From Pseudomonadota bacterium (GTDB lineage Bacteria > Pseudomonadota > Alphaproteobacteria > RF32 > CAG-239), in the NCBI GenBank assembly GCA_918234285.1, contig CAKJXZ020000015.1, forward strand, positions 1 to 25,998: a DNA stretch of 25,998 nucleotides, given 5' to 3'. This document shows, one piece after another, positions 16,157 to 24,329 of this stretch. The notes under the pieces were generated by a model. It was not told the origin of the DNA. It saw only the letters and a program-made list of their open reading frames with translations, and made no database searches. Each line of letters starts with the position of its first letter. Positions within the stretch are counted from its first letter, which is position 1. Made by a program: the position numbers and the translations under genes.

Positions 16157-17167
16157 TTAAATCGAAAAGAGCCCATCGCGACAGAGTTTTGCAAACACCG
16201 GACGGTTCAGCCCAAGCTTGGCAATGATCTTAGATGGTTCGTCGGTAATTGAAAGTGTCGTGAGTTGCGGAACACCGCGCTTGACTGTCTTAACCACCGC
16301 ACTCGGTAAGTCTGAACGTCCAATGCACGATGAGAGATAAACAAAGCACTCGTCATTGTCTTTCAAATAGTCCAATGCCAGCTTGCGAGCGTAGATGTTC
16401 AACGTTACATCGGCCTTACTTCCGTCCTTAGTCCACGGACTACCGCCGCCAACCGGAGCGGATGCCGAGTAGAAGTCACAAGCGAGTTTACGTCCGGTCA
16501 CACCGCAGTCAGCAATGGAAGAGTGCTTTTCGTATACCAATGTTGGATTTATGATGATATTCTCCGGTTCTTCACCTAGAACACGAATTATAAACGGCTT
16601 GAGGTCAACATCTCTGAGCATCGGAATTGCTACAATAGCCGTGTCCACGCCGCTTAATTCATTGAGTGTAATCTGCGTTTTAATATCAATGCCGAGGTGG
16701 ATGTTCTGCAAAGCGTATTCATAAAGTGCACGGCACAGCTTGTTGGCAAGATATTGCTCACGGCTGATGTTGCCGATACCTTGGCAAGCATAACCGACAA
16801 ATATGCCTTGGTCGCCCCAGCCATCCTGATTATAAACAGCAAAATTAATTTCCATTGATTGCTCTCCAATCAAATTGATAACTTCAATTTTACTAGGCTC
16901 AATAGCATTATCATGCCAACGTAGTGCATAATACTCATCATAACCAATTTCAGCGAGAGCCTTCAGCACATATTCTTCGACATTATCCAAATTGACATTG
17001 CCTTTGATTTCGCCACCGAGAACAACGATGTTGTCCTTAATCATTACTTCGACCGCATAATGAACATCTTTATCTTGTTCAATCATCCGGTCTAAAATGT
17101 AACTGGAAATATAGTCCGCCGTTTTATCAGGATGCCCTAAAGACACCGCTTCTGCAGTTTTAATCAT
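16157..17167 (-). CDS. metK: Phage-encoded S-adenosylmethionine synthetase (divergent, short)
   Basis: EAVSLGHPDK, GWGDQG (cf. GAGDQG), DIKTQ, DCGVTGRK, GGG..W.KD.SK.D motifs. Confidence 0.9.
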   Translation of the reverse strand: MIKTAEAVSLGHPDKTADYISSYILDRMIEQDKDVHYAVEVMIKDNIVVLGGEIKGNVNLDNVEEYVLKALAEIGYDEYYALRWHDNAIEPSKIEVINLIGEQSMEINFAVYNQDGWGDQGIFVGYACQGIGNISREQYLANKLCRALYEYALQNIHLGIDIKTQITLNELSGVDTAIVAIPMLRDVDLKPFIIRVLGEEPENIIINPTLVYEKHSSIADCGVTGRKLACDFYSASAPVGGGSPWTKDGSKADVTLNIYARKLALDYLKDNDECFVYLSSCIGRSDLPSAVVKTVKRGVPQLTTLSITDEPSKIIAKLGLNRPVFAKLCRDGLFSI

Positions 17168-17287
17168 GTTGTATTCCTTATGTTTGGAGGGTTATTTAAA
17201 ATGCCAACGGGGACGTGTTTACACTTTCGTCCCCGATTATACCAATTTTTATACGTTTTTTTTGCAGATTTGTAAACCCCAAATATG

Positions 17288-17665
17288 TCAACAACATTTT
17301 TTTATGCTGAATTGGATTTTTACAAGTGCACGATTGTACATTATCCATAACCTCTGTCGTGTTACTCCATAATCTCGGCATAGTAATTTCCATGGGATCC
17401 GTTTAGCGCGTTTCCAAACAACCATTCGCTCGCGAGGCTCGAGGACTTCCATCCAAACAAGAGTTCGCTCCCACAAAGCAATTTGTTCGTTGGTTGGTTT
17501 AATTTTAATAGGAAGTCGCTCCATAAAAGCGATTTCTTGTGGCGTGTAAACAATTTCAAAAAGCCAACTTCGGTATTTTTCAGGTTTTACCGGTGGTAAT
17601 AACCGCTCAACATAGGCGGCTGTTTCTAAATCTTGCTTGATTTGTTCGATGGTAATCTCAGTCAT
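17288..17665 (-). CDS. DUF6362-like putative late transcription regulator (C-terminal HTH)
   Basis: Start MTEIT at 17665; LPPVK...VVWKRAKRIPWK...GVTRQRLW pattern; last regulator before metK and cos. Confidence 0.7.
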   Translation of the reverse strand: MTEITIEQIKQDLETAAYVERLLPPVKPEKYRSWLFEIVYTPQEIAFMERLPIKIKPTNEQIALWERTLVWMEVLEPRERMVVWKRAKRIPWKLLCRDYGVTRQRLWIMYNRALVKIQFSIKKCC

Positions 17666-17666
17666 T

Positions 17667-18341
17667 TCACACCGCCTTTCCATTGCCAAGCTCATTTTGA
17701 CCGGCGGCAAGTCCGGCTTCAAAGTCCGTTATTGATATTCCAACGTCCTTACAATACCATTTCCGAACTGCTTTTTGCCAATCCAAGGCCACGTATTTCT
17801 TACCATGTCGCCAACCACGCTCATTGTGCCAGCTCATAAAAGCCGGTACATCCACCGCAATTTTTAACTCAGAACAATATCCGGCAACATCTTCAGCACT
17901 CGGCGCACCCACAAATCCGGAGTTATCCACATTTTGCACCTCTCTTTCTCTACCACCATTATCCGATTCATTACCCGAATCATTCTCTATCTCCAGCTCA
18001 TTCTCCTTCTCCGACTCTAGTGGGCGACCGCTGAGCGGTGTAGGTGGTGTTTCGCTGACCGGTCGCTTAGCGGTCGCTTTGCGATGGCTGACTCCTTTCT
18101 TGGCGTTTTGTGCGTTAATTTCGCACATTTGCAACCACCGTTCGTTATGAGCCGTGATTACGCGTTGAATCGAATCAAATCTGTCTTTTTTTAAGCCCGC
18201 TAATTTTACCGACGTACTACCGTATAAATTAAATTCACATATTGCGATGATTAAATCGGCGATTTCGTTTTTCCTAAAGTTATGCACAGCGGCAAGAAAG
18301 TCCGCCGGATACATAACAAATGATGTCTTTTTATTGTCCAT
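17667..18341 (-). CDS. Replication-initiator-like phage protein (DUF6291-like N-domain)
   Basis: Start MDNKK at 18341 (GAGG RBS); KTSFVMY N-terminus, charged linker, C-terminal PSAEDV...GW...DWQKAVRKW. Confidence 0.6.
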   Translation of the reverse strand: MDNKKTSFVMYPADFLAAVHNFRKNEIADLIIAICEFNLYGSTSVKLAGLKKDRFDSIQRVITAHNERWLQMCEINAQNAKKGVSHRKATAKRPVSETPPTPLSGRPLESEKENELEIENDSGNESDNGGREREVQNVDNSGFVGAPSAEDVAGYCSELKIAVDVPAFMSWHNERGWRHGKKYVALDWQKAVRKWYCKDVGISITDFEAGLAAGQNELGNGKAV

Positions 18342-18546
18342 GACGACCTCCGTTATCGTCACGAGAGGCCGACTTAATGCGTTTCACGCCTTGCACCCAC
18401 TTAAGAGCCAAAGAAGTGCGGCGAACTTCATCGCGCACTTTCTTCTCCAGCTCATCAAGCATTGACATCTCTAGATTAAGCAAATAAACAACCGGAATAC
18501 CGCGTACTTCCTCAGTTACATAAGCATATTTTTCTTCAGTGAACAT
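18331..18546 (-). CDS. Small hypothetical protein
   Basis: Start MFTEE at 18546 with AAGGA RBS; overlaps the next gene start. Confidence 0.65.
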   Translation of the reverse strand: MFTEEKYAYVTEEVRGIPVVYLLNLEMSMLDELEKKVRDEVRRTSLALKWVQGVKRIKSASRDDNGGRHGQ

Positions 18547-18585
18547 CTTTTTTTTTCCTTTCTCAAATGTTGACATTCACTAGAG

Positions 18586-18617
18586 AACATTCCCGCAAGT
18601 CGAAAAATCGTTCGGCA
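18586..18617 (-). promoter_or_regulatory. 32-bp repeat, copy A (candidate phage sigma promoter)
   Basis: AACATTCCCGCAAGTCGAAAAATCGTTCGGCA, identical to 21595-21626. Confidence 0.75.
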
Positions 18618-18621
18618 AAAA

Positions 18622-19110
18622 TCAAAAATTTTTCATTTTATTGAAAAACTTGTAGATTGTCTCCTTGCTGATATGCAGTTGGCGCGATATCTGATCCACG
18701 CTATAACCATCCATAATCAAGTAAAGCGTCTGTTTTAACTTGATATTCTCGGCTTTATCAAAAATGTCGTGAATTGTGGCTCGGTTGATAGCAGTGTCAA
18801 ATGTCGACTCATTATCGTAAAAAAAATCCTCATTGAACGTTTCGTAGTCCAATGAGGATGTTAAATGTGCTCTAGTTCGCTTTCGTTTTCGTAGCAGTTT
18901 ATAAGACCGCAGTTGAAGCGCGTGCACAACTAACGCTTCGTTCGTGTCCGGAACCTTATAATATTGCTCAAGGTAGTAGAGAAGAAGATCTTGCATAATA
19001 TCTTCGCGATCTTCATAACTGAAATATTGGGTTGATAACAGTCTTCGCGTTTGCGTATAAACCGTTAAGCGGACATACCGTGGTAGTCCGCTGAAGATGT
19101 CAAGATTCAT
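18622..19110 (-). CDS. Sigma70/ECF-like factor (region 2-like plus region 4 HTH)
   Basis: DREDIMQDLLL region-2-like segment; DGYSVDQISRQLHISKETIY HTH. Confidence 0.75.
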   Translation of the reverse strand: MNLDIFSGLPRYVRLTVYTQTRRLLSTQYFSYEDREDIMQDLLLYYLEQYYKVPDTNEALVVHALQLRSYKLLRKRKRTRAHLTSSLDYETFNEDFFYDNESTFDTAINRATIHDIFDKAENIKLKQTLYLIMDGYSVDQISRQLHISKETIYKFFNKMKNF

Positions 19111-19301
19111 AAAATAAACCTCTCTAAAATGTTAATGAGAAGTTAATTTTGAATCAAAACTAAAATTAGACAATAAGTTTAATCTTCAACCCAAAATAGA
19201 ATTAGACTTTAAGTCTAGGTATGACAATAGGTTTGTTTTTATTGACAAATGTGCACAATTCTGTGCAAAACTGAGTTTTAATCATAACCGGCTATGTGGC
19301 A

Positions 19302-20933
19302 TTAGTCGAGAATCGTAAATCCATACTTTTTCTCTTGGTCTTCCCAAAGCGGTGGAATATCGCTACGCATCAAAGTGCGCAGATAAAATTTAGGTGGCTG
19401 ATGACCTTTCAAAATGGTGCGGATAATCGCCGGAGAAAGTGATGTTAATCTCAGTAGTCTGCTAAGGTAACCGGCATCAATATTTTCTTTTATGGAAACC
19501 TCGGCAATGCTACGGTGTGTCTGGTCAATCATTTTTTGATATCTGAACCCGAGGCAAATTCCTTTAATCAGCTCATTATCAAAATGCGGATTGGCCATAA
19601 TATTATCCGGTAAGTGTATTTCGGTGTGACCTTTATGTTTTACGAACGGAATAGGTAATACCGTTTGGTGTCCGCTCGTACTTTGAAGTAATGATTCCGA
19701 TAAGAGACTTAAGCCTAAATCAGTCCAGTTAATCTCCATGGTCTCGTAATTTAATGTAACGCCGGTTATAAGCAACCGCATTAAAAGCAATTTATAACGG
19801 TCGGCAAGTTTATAAAGAACTTTTTCCGGTGTACGCAAAATCCTGAACAACTCCATTGTTTTGTTTGGTGCAACTTTTTCAATAAGGGCTTGGAATACTT
19901 TCGGATCTTGTAACAATTGCGACACGATTTTAATCATGCAATCGTCCATGGCAGCTTGCTGTACCGCGCCGTTGGTGCATCGGTGGTATCCGTGTGTCTT
20001 GGCAATATTTGAAGTGTAATAATACCGTTTTGTACCGTGCGCTTGACTGGCGGTCGGTGTCATTGATGCATGACAGCAACCGCAAGTCAAAAGACCACGC
20101 ATAATCCCGACCTCATTATTATTAAATAAGCAAATACGTTGCGTTGACGGTCGTTTTTCGCTGACTTCCTGCGCCTCCATAAAAACTTCCTGGCTGACGA
20201 TGCCTTCATGTTGCCCATCATAAACAATGTCTTTGTGCTTTATTTTGCCCATATAAATCGGGTTTTGTATCATTCTGTAGATTGCGGTGCGGGCAAGTTT
20301 TTTGTATCCTTTTTCTTCCATTAACTCGGATACGGCCTGGGCTGACTTATATTGTATATACATATCGTACATAAATCTGATTTCTTTGGCTTCCTCCGGT
20401 TTTATGACTAGTTTGCGATCAACCACTTCATATCCGTAAGGTACACCACCGCCCATCCATATACCTTTCTTTTTAGAGGCGGCAATTTTATCCCGAACAC
20501 GTTCCGCGCCGATTTCACGCTCAAACTGTGCAAACGATAACAACATATTTAAGGTCAACCGTCCCATGCTATCGGCCGTGTTGAAGTTTTGTGTTACCGA
20601 AACGAATGAACATTGGTGTTTTTCAAAAACGTCAACCATCTTAGCAAAATCGGTAAGCGAGCGGGTAAGTCGGTCGATTTTATAAACCACAATCATATCG
20701 ACTTTATTATCGGCAATATCTTTCAACAGCCGTTCCAGAGCCGGACGTTTCATGTTGCCGCCGCTGTAACCGCCATCGTCATAATGCTCGTCAATTAGCA
20801 CCCAACCTTGATGCTTTTGGCTCTTAATAAAGTTTTCGCTTGCTTCGCGTTGAGCTTCCAATGTATTGAACTCTTTTTCCAAACCCTCGTCCGTAGATTT
20901 ACGGGTATAAATTGCACACCTTACTTCACCCAT
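19302..20933 (-). CDS. Large serine recombinase (resolvase, recombinase and Zn-ribbon domains, C-terminal HTH-like extension)
   Basis: CAIYTRKS catalytic motif, DDGGYSGG, VYKIDRLTR, LLSFAQFERE, GLLTCGCC. Confidence 0.93.
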   Translation of the reverse strand: MGEVRCAIYTRKSTDEGLEKEFNTLEAQREASENFIKSQKHQGWVLIDEHYDDGGYSGGNMKRPALERLLKDIADNKVDMIVVYKIDRLTRSLTDFAKMVDVFEKHQCSFVSVTQNFNTADSMGRLTLNMLLSFAQFEREIGAERVRDKIAASKKKGIWMGGGVPYGYEVVDRKLVIKPEEAKEIRFMYDMYIQYKSAQAVSELMEEKGYKKLARTAIYRMIQNPIYMGKIKHKDIVYDGQHEGIVSQEVFMEAQEVSEKRPSTQRICLFNNNEVGIMRGLLTCGCCHASMTPTASQAHGTKRYYYTSNIAKTHGYHRCTNGAVQQAAMDDCMIKIVSQLLQDPKVFQALIEKVAPNKTMELFRILRTPEKVLYKLADRYKLLLMRLLITGVTLNYETMEINWTDLGLSLLSESLLQSTSGHQTVLPIPFVKHKGHTEIHLPDNIMANPHFDNELIKGICLGFRYQKMIDQTHRSIAEVSIKENIDAGYLSRLLRLTSLSPAIIRTILKGHQPPKFYLRTLMRSDIPPLWEDQEKKYGFTILD

Positions 20934-21376
20934 GACTTAACTCCGAAAAATTCTTGTCCCGATACTTTACGTCCGGTTATCAGCTTGGCCAATGAACCGA
21001 GCGATTTATAAACTTCGCCGTCCATCTCAAAACCACCATCCGTCACTCGAATTTTATACGTTGCGCCTTTGTATTGTTTAACAATTTCTGTTCCAGTTAC
21101 AAATTTATGCGGTTTTGCTAATTCCTTGATATCCATATTTTCAAGCATCTGCCGCGTTTTATTATCCAAACCGCCAAACCGCATCTCTTGCAATTTATGC
21201 GTAATGCGCCACACATAATATTCTTTACGCGTGGATGTGGTAGGAATGGCGATGAGTTTATCGTAATACGCTCGAAGCTCTTCATAAGAGAGTTGAGGAA
21301 TTGCACGAAGATCGATGTTCATATCAATAACCTGCATTGTTTTGTCCTTTCTCTTGGTTTGTGCTGTTTTCTTCAA
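20921..21376 (-). CDS. DUF2924-like protein (recombinase-associated)
   Basis: LQEMRFGGL, GTEIVKQYKG, YKSLGSLAKLITG...SGQEFFG; overlaps the recombinase start. True start may be 21337. Confidence 0.85.
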   Translation of the reverse strand: MKKTAQTKRKDKTMQVIDMNIDLRAIPQLSYEELRAYYDKLIAIPTTSTRKEYYVWRITHKLQEMRFGGLDNKTRQMLENMDIKELAKPHKFVTGTEIVKQYKGATYKIRVTDGGFEMDGEVYKSLGSLAKLITGRKVSGQEFFGVKSWVK

Positions 21377-21425
21377 TTAGGGTACTCACAGCCTCAAAAA
21401 TTAAATCTATTAAATTATCCATTGG

Positions 21426-21572
21426 TTACCTCTCAGTAACAGCAATGCTTGGAATTTCTTCTTTATCCAGTAAAATCGATACTTTCCCGCCATTTTCTTG
21501 CTCTTCTAAGAGAATTTTTATGGCAATGCCGATAATATCGATAAATTCGTTAAACTCGCTGTTTGCTACCAT
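21426..21572 (-). CDS. Small hypothetical protein
   Basis: Start MVANSE at 21572 with AAGGA RBS, just downstream of 32-bp repeat copy B. Confidence 0.5.
   Translation of the reverse strand: MVANSEFNEFIDIIGIAIKILLEEQENGGKVSILLDKEEIPSIAVTER
21444..21471 (-). promoter_or_regulatory. Array-type core motif, copy 7, upstream of DUF2924/recombinase
   Basis: ACTGGATAAAGAAGAAATTCCAAGCATT, same spacing as the array copies. Confidence 0.65.
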
Positions 21573-21594
21573 TTGTTTTTTCCTTTCAACAGAT

Positions 21595-21626
21595 AACATT
21601 CCCGCAAGTCGAAAAATCGTTCGGCA
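21595..21626 (-). promoter_or_regulatory. 32-bp repeat, copy B
   Basis: Identical to 18586-18617. Confidence 0.75.
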
Positions 21627-21787
21627 CAATTTAAAATTTTTTTCAAAAAGTTATATTTTTTTGTAATTGAGACTTATTTGAAGAGGTCGTGTATCGGTGC
21701 ATTAAAGTTAAAAAATGATTAAATAAACTAATAGATTGAAATATATTTTTTTTACGAATATAGGTGGTTTTGAGGGCTCAAAGTATC

Positions 21788-21820
21788 TGGTGGTAGGTTC
21801 GAGTTCTAAGTCGCCCACCA
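21788..21820 (+). pseudogene. Degenerate tRNA 3' half (T-arm plus CCA), possible att remnant
   Basis: GGTAGGTTCGAGTTCTAAGTCGCCCACCA; no recognisable D or anticodon arm. Confidence 0.55.
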
Positions 21821-21824
21821 AGTG

Positions 21825-21854
21825 AAAGGAATGATACTTTTCATTCCTTTTTTT
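21825..21854 (+). terminator. Intrinsic terminator
   Basis: AAAGGAATGA/TCATTCCTTT stem plus T-run. Confidence 0.7.
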
Positions 21855-22125
21855 GTTTTAAATTTTTGAGTTTGATTTTAGTGTAATTTATCCCCTTCAA
21901 ACGCCTTATTTTATGGGCTTTCCCGATTTTTGATTTATTGTTTTTATGAGCCGTATTTTGCGGTGGTCTGGTCGCGTATCTATTTTTTATTTTCACCCAT
22001 TTCCCCCAAAAAGATACCAAAATAGATACTTTTGGTCGGGACAGACCCGACCAAATTCGGCTTAAAACTAAGGCTTTTTATTCCCAACTGTTCGCGTTTC
22101 AAAACCCCACCGGTGGATACTCAAA

Positions 22126-22325
22126 TTATTTATCCAGCATACCGATGCCGCGCAAAATGCCGATCATACCTTCGGCGGCGATGTCATTTATGACTTTGCC
22201 CTCGTCGTTGAAATAGTAGAAATTCATCACAGAGGTAGATATATGTTTGCCGGTGGCAGGCATTCCCATAAACTCGCCTTCGTGAGTGCCGCTTAACGTC
22301 CAACGGACAGCCACGACATTGCTTC
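22126..22325 (-). pseudogene. Truncated SnoaL-like ester cyclase (C-terminal half)
   Basis: VAVRWTLSGTHEGEFMGMPATGK motif; upstream in-frame sequence is not homologous. Confidence 0.75.
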
Positions 22326-22386
22326 GCTGAACCTTTGTGGTTGGTTTCTTCACTCTTACTATAGAGTAAAAGAAAATACTTGACGG

Positions 22387-22431
22387 TGCGGAGAATATAT
22401 GCAATAATCTACGCATAATTTGCGGAGATTA
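22387..22431. repeat. Fic-flanking palindromic repeat, left copy
   Basis: TGCGGAGAATATATGCAATAATCTACGCATAATTTGCGGAGATTA. Confidence 0.85.
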
Positions 22432-22434
22432 GAA

Positions 22435-23535
22435 ATGTATATATATGAATGTAAAAATTGGCCGAATTTTGTTTGGAATAGCGATAAAATAGCTAACTTA
22501 CTGGCTGAATCTTCGTTTGCAGAAGGTCAAATCTTGGGTAAAATGCAAGAATTAGGATTTAACTTGCAACAGGAAGCCCTTTTGGTTAATTTAACCGAGG
22601 AGATTATAAAATCGAGTGAAATCGAGGGAGAAACTCTTAATACAGAACAAGTTCGTTCTTCCATTGCCCGACGGCTGAACATTAATAATGAAAACTCCAT
22701 AACCAGCAGTCATCATATTGATGGTATTGTGAACATGATGATTGATGCAACGCATAATTTCAATACTCCGCTAACCTTGGAACGTCTTTACGGTTGGCAC
22801 GCCGCATTATTCCCGACCGGATATAGCGGAATGTATAAAATCAAAGTTGCAAATCTGCGTGATGACCATGATGGCCCGATGCAGGTTGTTTCAAATAAAG
22901 GAAGTCGCGAAGTTGTTTATTATCAGGCACCGGATGCCAAAATCCTACCTGAGTTTATGCATGATTTCTTAAATTGGATAAATACTGACAGTACGGAAAA
23001 TCCTTTAATTAAAGCGGCAATAAGCCATTTGTGGTTTATTACATTGCATCCGTTCGAAGACGGAAACGGTAGAATTGCCCGTGCCATTACCGATATGATG
23101 TTAGCAAAAGCCGAAAACACTGCTTATCGTTTCTATAGTATGTCGTCTCAAATTCAAAAAGAGAAAAACGATTATTATAAAGTTCTCGAATACACTCAAA
23201 AAGGTGACTTAAATATCACAAATTGGCTTATTTGGTTCTTAAGGTGTCTGTTATCTTCAATAAACAGCTCTCAACAGTTAATTGCAAATATTTTACAGAA
23301 GGCAAAATTATGGCAGAAGTTTAACCAAATTCCACTTGATGAAAATCAAAGAAAAATTATCAATATGTTACTTGATGGTTTTGAGGGAAATTTAACTTCC
23401 AGTAAATGGGCTAAAATATGTAAATGTTCACAAGATACAGCAATACGTTCAATTAAATATATGATGGATAATAAAATCCTAAAACAAATTGGTGCCGGTC
23501 GTAGCACACATTATGTTATAGATTGCGGAGAATAG
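22435..23535 (+). CDS. fic: Fic-domain protein (DUF4172-like N-domain, C-terminal wHTH)
   Basis: HPFEDGNGRIAR active-site motif, SSEIEG inhibitory motif, C-terminal CSQDTAIR...GRSTHY; ATG at 22435. Confidence 0.93.
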   Translation: MYIYECKNWPNFVWNSDKIANLLAESSFAEGQILGKMQELGFNLQQEALLVNLTEEIIKSSEIEGETLNTEQVRSSIARRLNINNENSITSSHHIDGIVNMMIDATHNFNTPLTLERLYGWHAALFPTGYSGMYKIKVANLRDDHDGPMQVVSNKGSREVVYYQAPDAKILPEFMHDFLNWINTDSTENPLIKAAISHLWFITLHPFEDGNGRIARAITDMMLAKAENTAYRFYSMSSQIQKEKNDYYKVLEYTQKGDLNITNWLIWFLRCLLSSINSSQQLIANILQKAKLWQKFNQIPLDENQRKIINMLLDGFEGNLTSSKWAKICKCSQDTAIRSIKYMMDNKILKQIGAGRSTHYVIDCGE

Positions 23536-23567
23536 TTTAATAATCTCCGCATAATTTGCGGAGATTA
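23524..23567. repeat. Fic-flanking palindromic repeat, right copy
   Basis: TGCGGAGAATAGTTTAATAATCTCCGCATAATTTGCGGAGATTA, containing a perfect 11-bp inverted repeat. Confidence 0.85.
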
Positions 23568-23571
23568 TATT

Positions 23572-23950
23572 TTGTTATACTTTAACTATTTTACAAACCC
23601 TTGTCAGCCGGATAAGGGGCGGATAAGTGCGATTATTGAACAGCCGAAAACCGTTTGGCAGATAATCAAAGAGCAGAAAGTCGATTTAACGATGCCGATT
23701 TTGTGCCTGATTAACGGTGCTCCGGTATTACGCAAAGACTGGGGCAATGTGTTTGATGACGGCGAGCTTATCAGCATTGTCTCACTTCCTCTCGGCGGTG
23801 GCGGCGGTAAAAAAAGCTCAAATCCGGTGCAAGTGGTGCTGACGGTGGCTGTTATTGTGGCCTCGGTTTATACCGGCGGCGCGGTCGGAGCGGCTTATGG
23901 TGCGGCTATGGGTGCCGCGGCGGCCGCGGCTGTCTCTATCGGCGGTAGTG
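23572..23950 (+). pseudogene. N-terminal fragment of a phage tail-tip (gpI/gpJ-like) protein
   Basis: CLINGAPVLRKDW...LPLGGGGG..NP followed by a Gly/Ala-rich hydrophobic segment, then an abrupt change of sequence character. Confidence 0.65.
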
Positions 23951-24124
23951 TTCGGAGCTATCGCTCTTTTTTTGTATTTATTAGGATATAAAAATGCCCG
24001 AGAATCGGCAGAAAATCATAAGAACAAGGAGGAAAACAATGCAATTAAAAAAGCTCAAGAGGCTCGTCGCAGTCTTACTAATCCTGACCGGATTGAACGC
24101 TTGCACAACAAATACAAGCGGTAA
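23950..24124 (+). pseudogene. 5'-truncated i-spanin-like (Rz-like) gene
   Basis: TM remnant FGAIALFLYLLGY plus charged helix, overlapping a lipoprotein gene. Confidence 0.55.
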
Positions 24125-24236
24125 TTATTGCCTGTTGTACGAACCGATTTACGCCGACTACGACAATGATACTGCCGAAACAATCCGCCAACTCGACCGC
24201 AACAACGTGGTTTACGAGGCAATTTGCGAGAAATAA
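24039..24236 (+). CDS. o-spanin-like (Rz1-like) lipoprotein
   Basis: AGGAGG RBS, ATG 24039, signal peptide with LNAC lipobox, 65 aa with two further Cys. Confidence 0.7.
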   Translation: MQLKKLKRLVAVLLILTGLNACTTNTSGNYCLLYEPIYADYDNDTAETIRQLDRNNVVYEAICEK

Positions 24237-24275
24237 ATAAGCCCTGATGGAGTAATCCGTCAGGGCTTATTTATT
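24232..24275. terminator. Bidirectional terminator-like hairpin
   Basis: 20-bp stem AATAAATAAGCCCTGATGGA/TCCGTCAGGGCTTATTTATT; a second hairpin lies at ~24287-24326. Confidence 0.7.
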
Positions 24276-24329
24276 GTTTTAAAAACAAAAACACCTCACA
24301 GCGGTTAAACTGTGAGGGGGTTTTTGATT

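Larger units (their letters stand above)
1..21820 (-). mobile_element. Lambda-like (cos-type) prophage with a large serine recombinase; continues past the left edge
   Basis: Contiguous co-oriented head, tail, packaging, regulation and recombinase genes. The right boundary is only approximate, placed at the tRNA-like remnant near 21.8 kb. Confidence 0.9.

Noticed and set aside
17196-17393. 65-aa ORF between the regulator and metK
   Set aside because: Overlaps the regulator gene and a likely promoter region; no RBS or recognisable features.
21770-21820. Functional tRNA gene
   Set aside because: Too short, no D or anticodon arm, imperfect T-stem.
22326-22416. N-terminal extension of ORF 22126-22416
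   Set aside because: Runs through the Fic repeat and AT-rich spacer and does not resemble SnoaL; a chance open frame.
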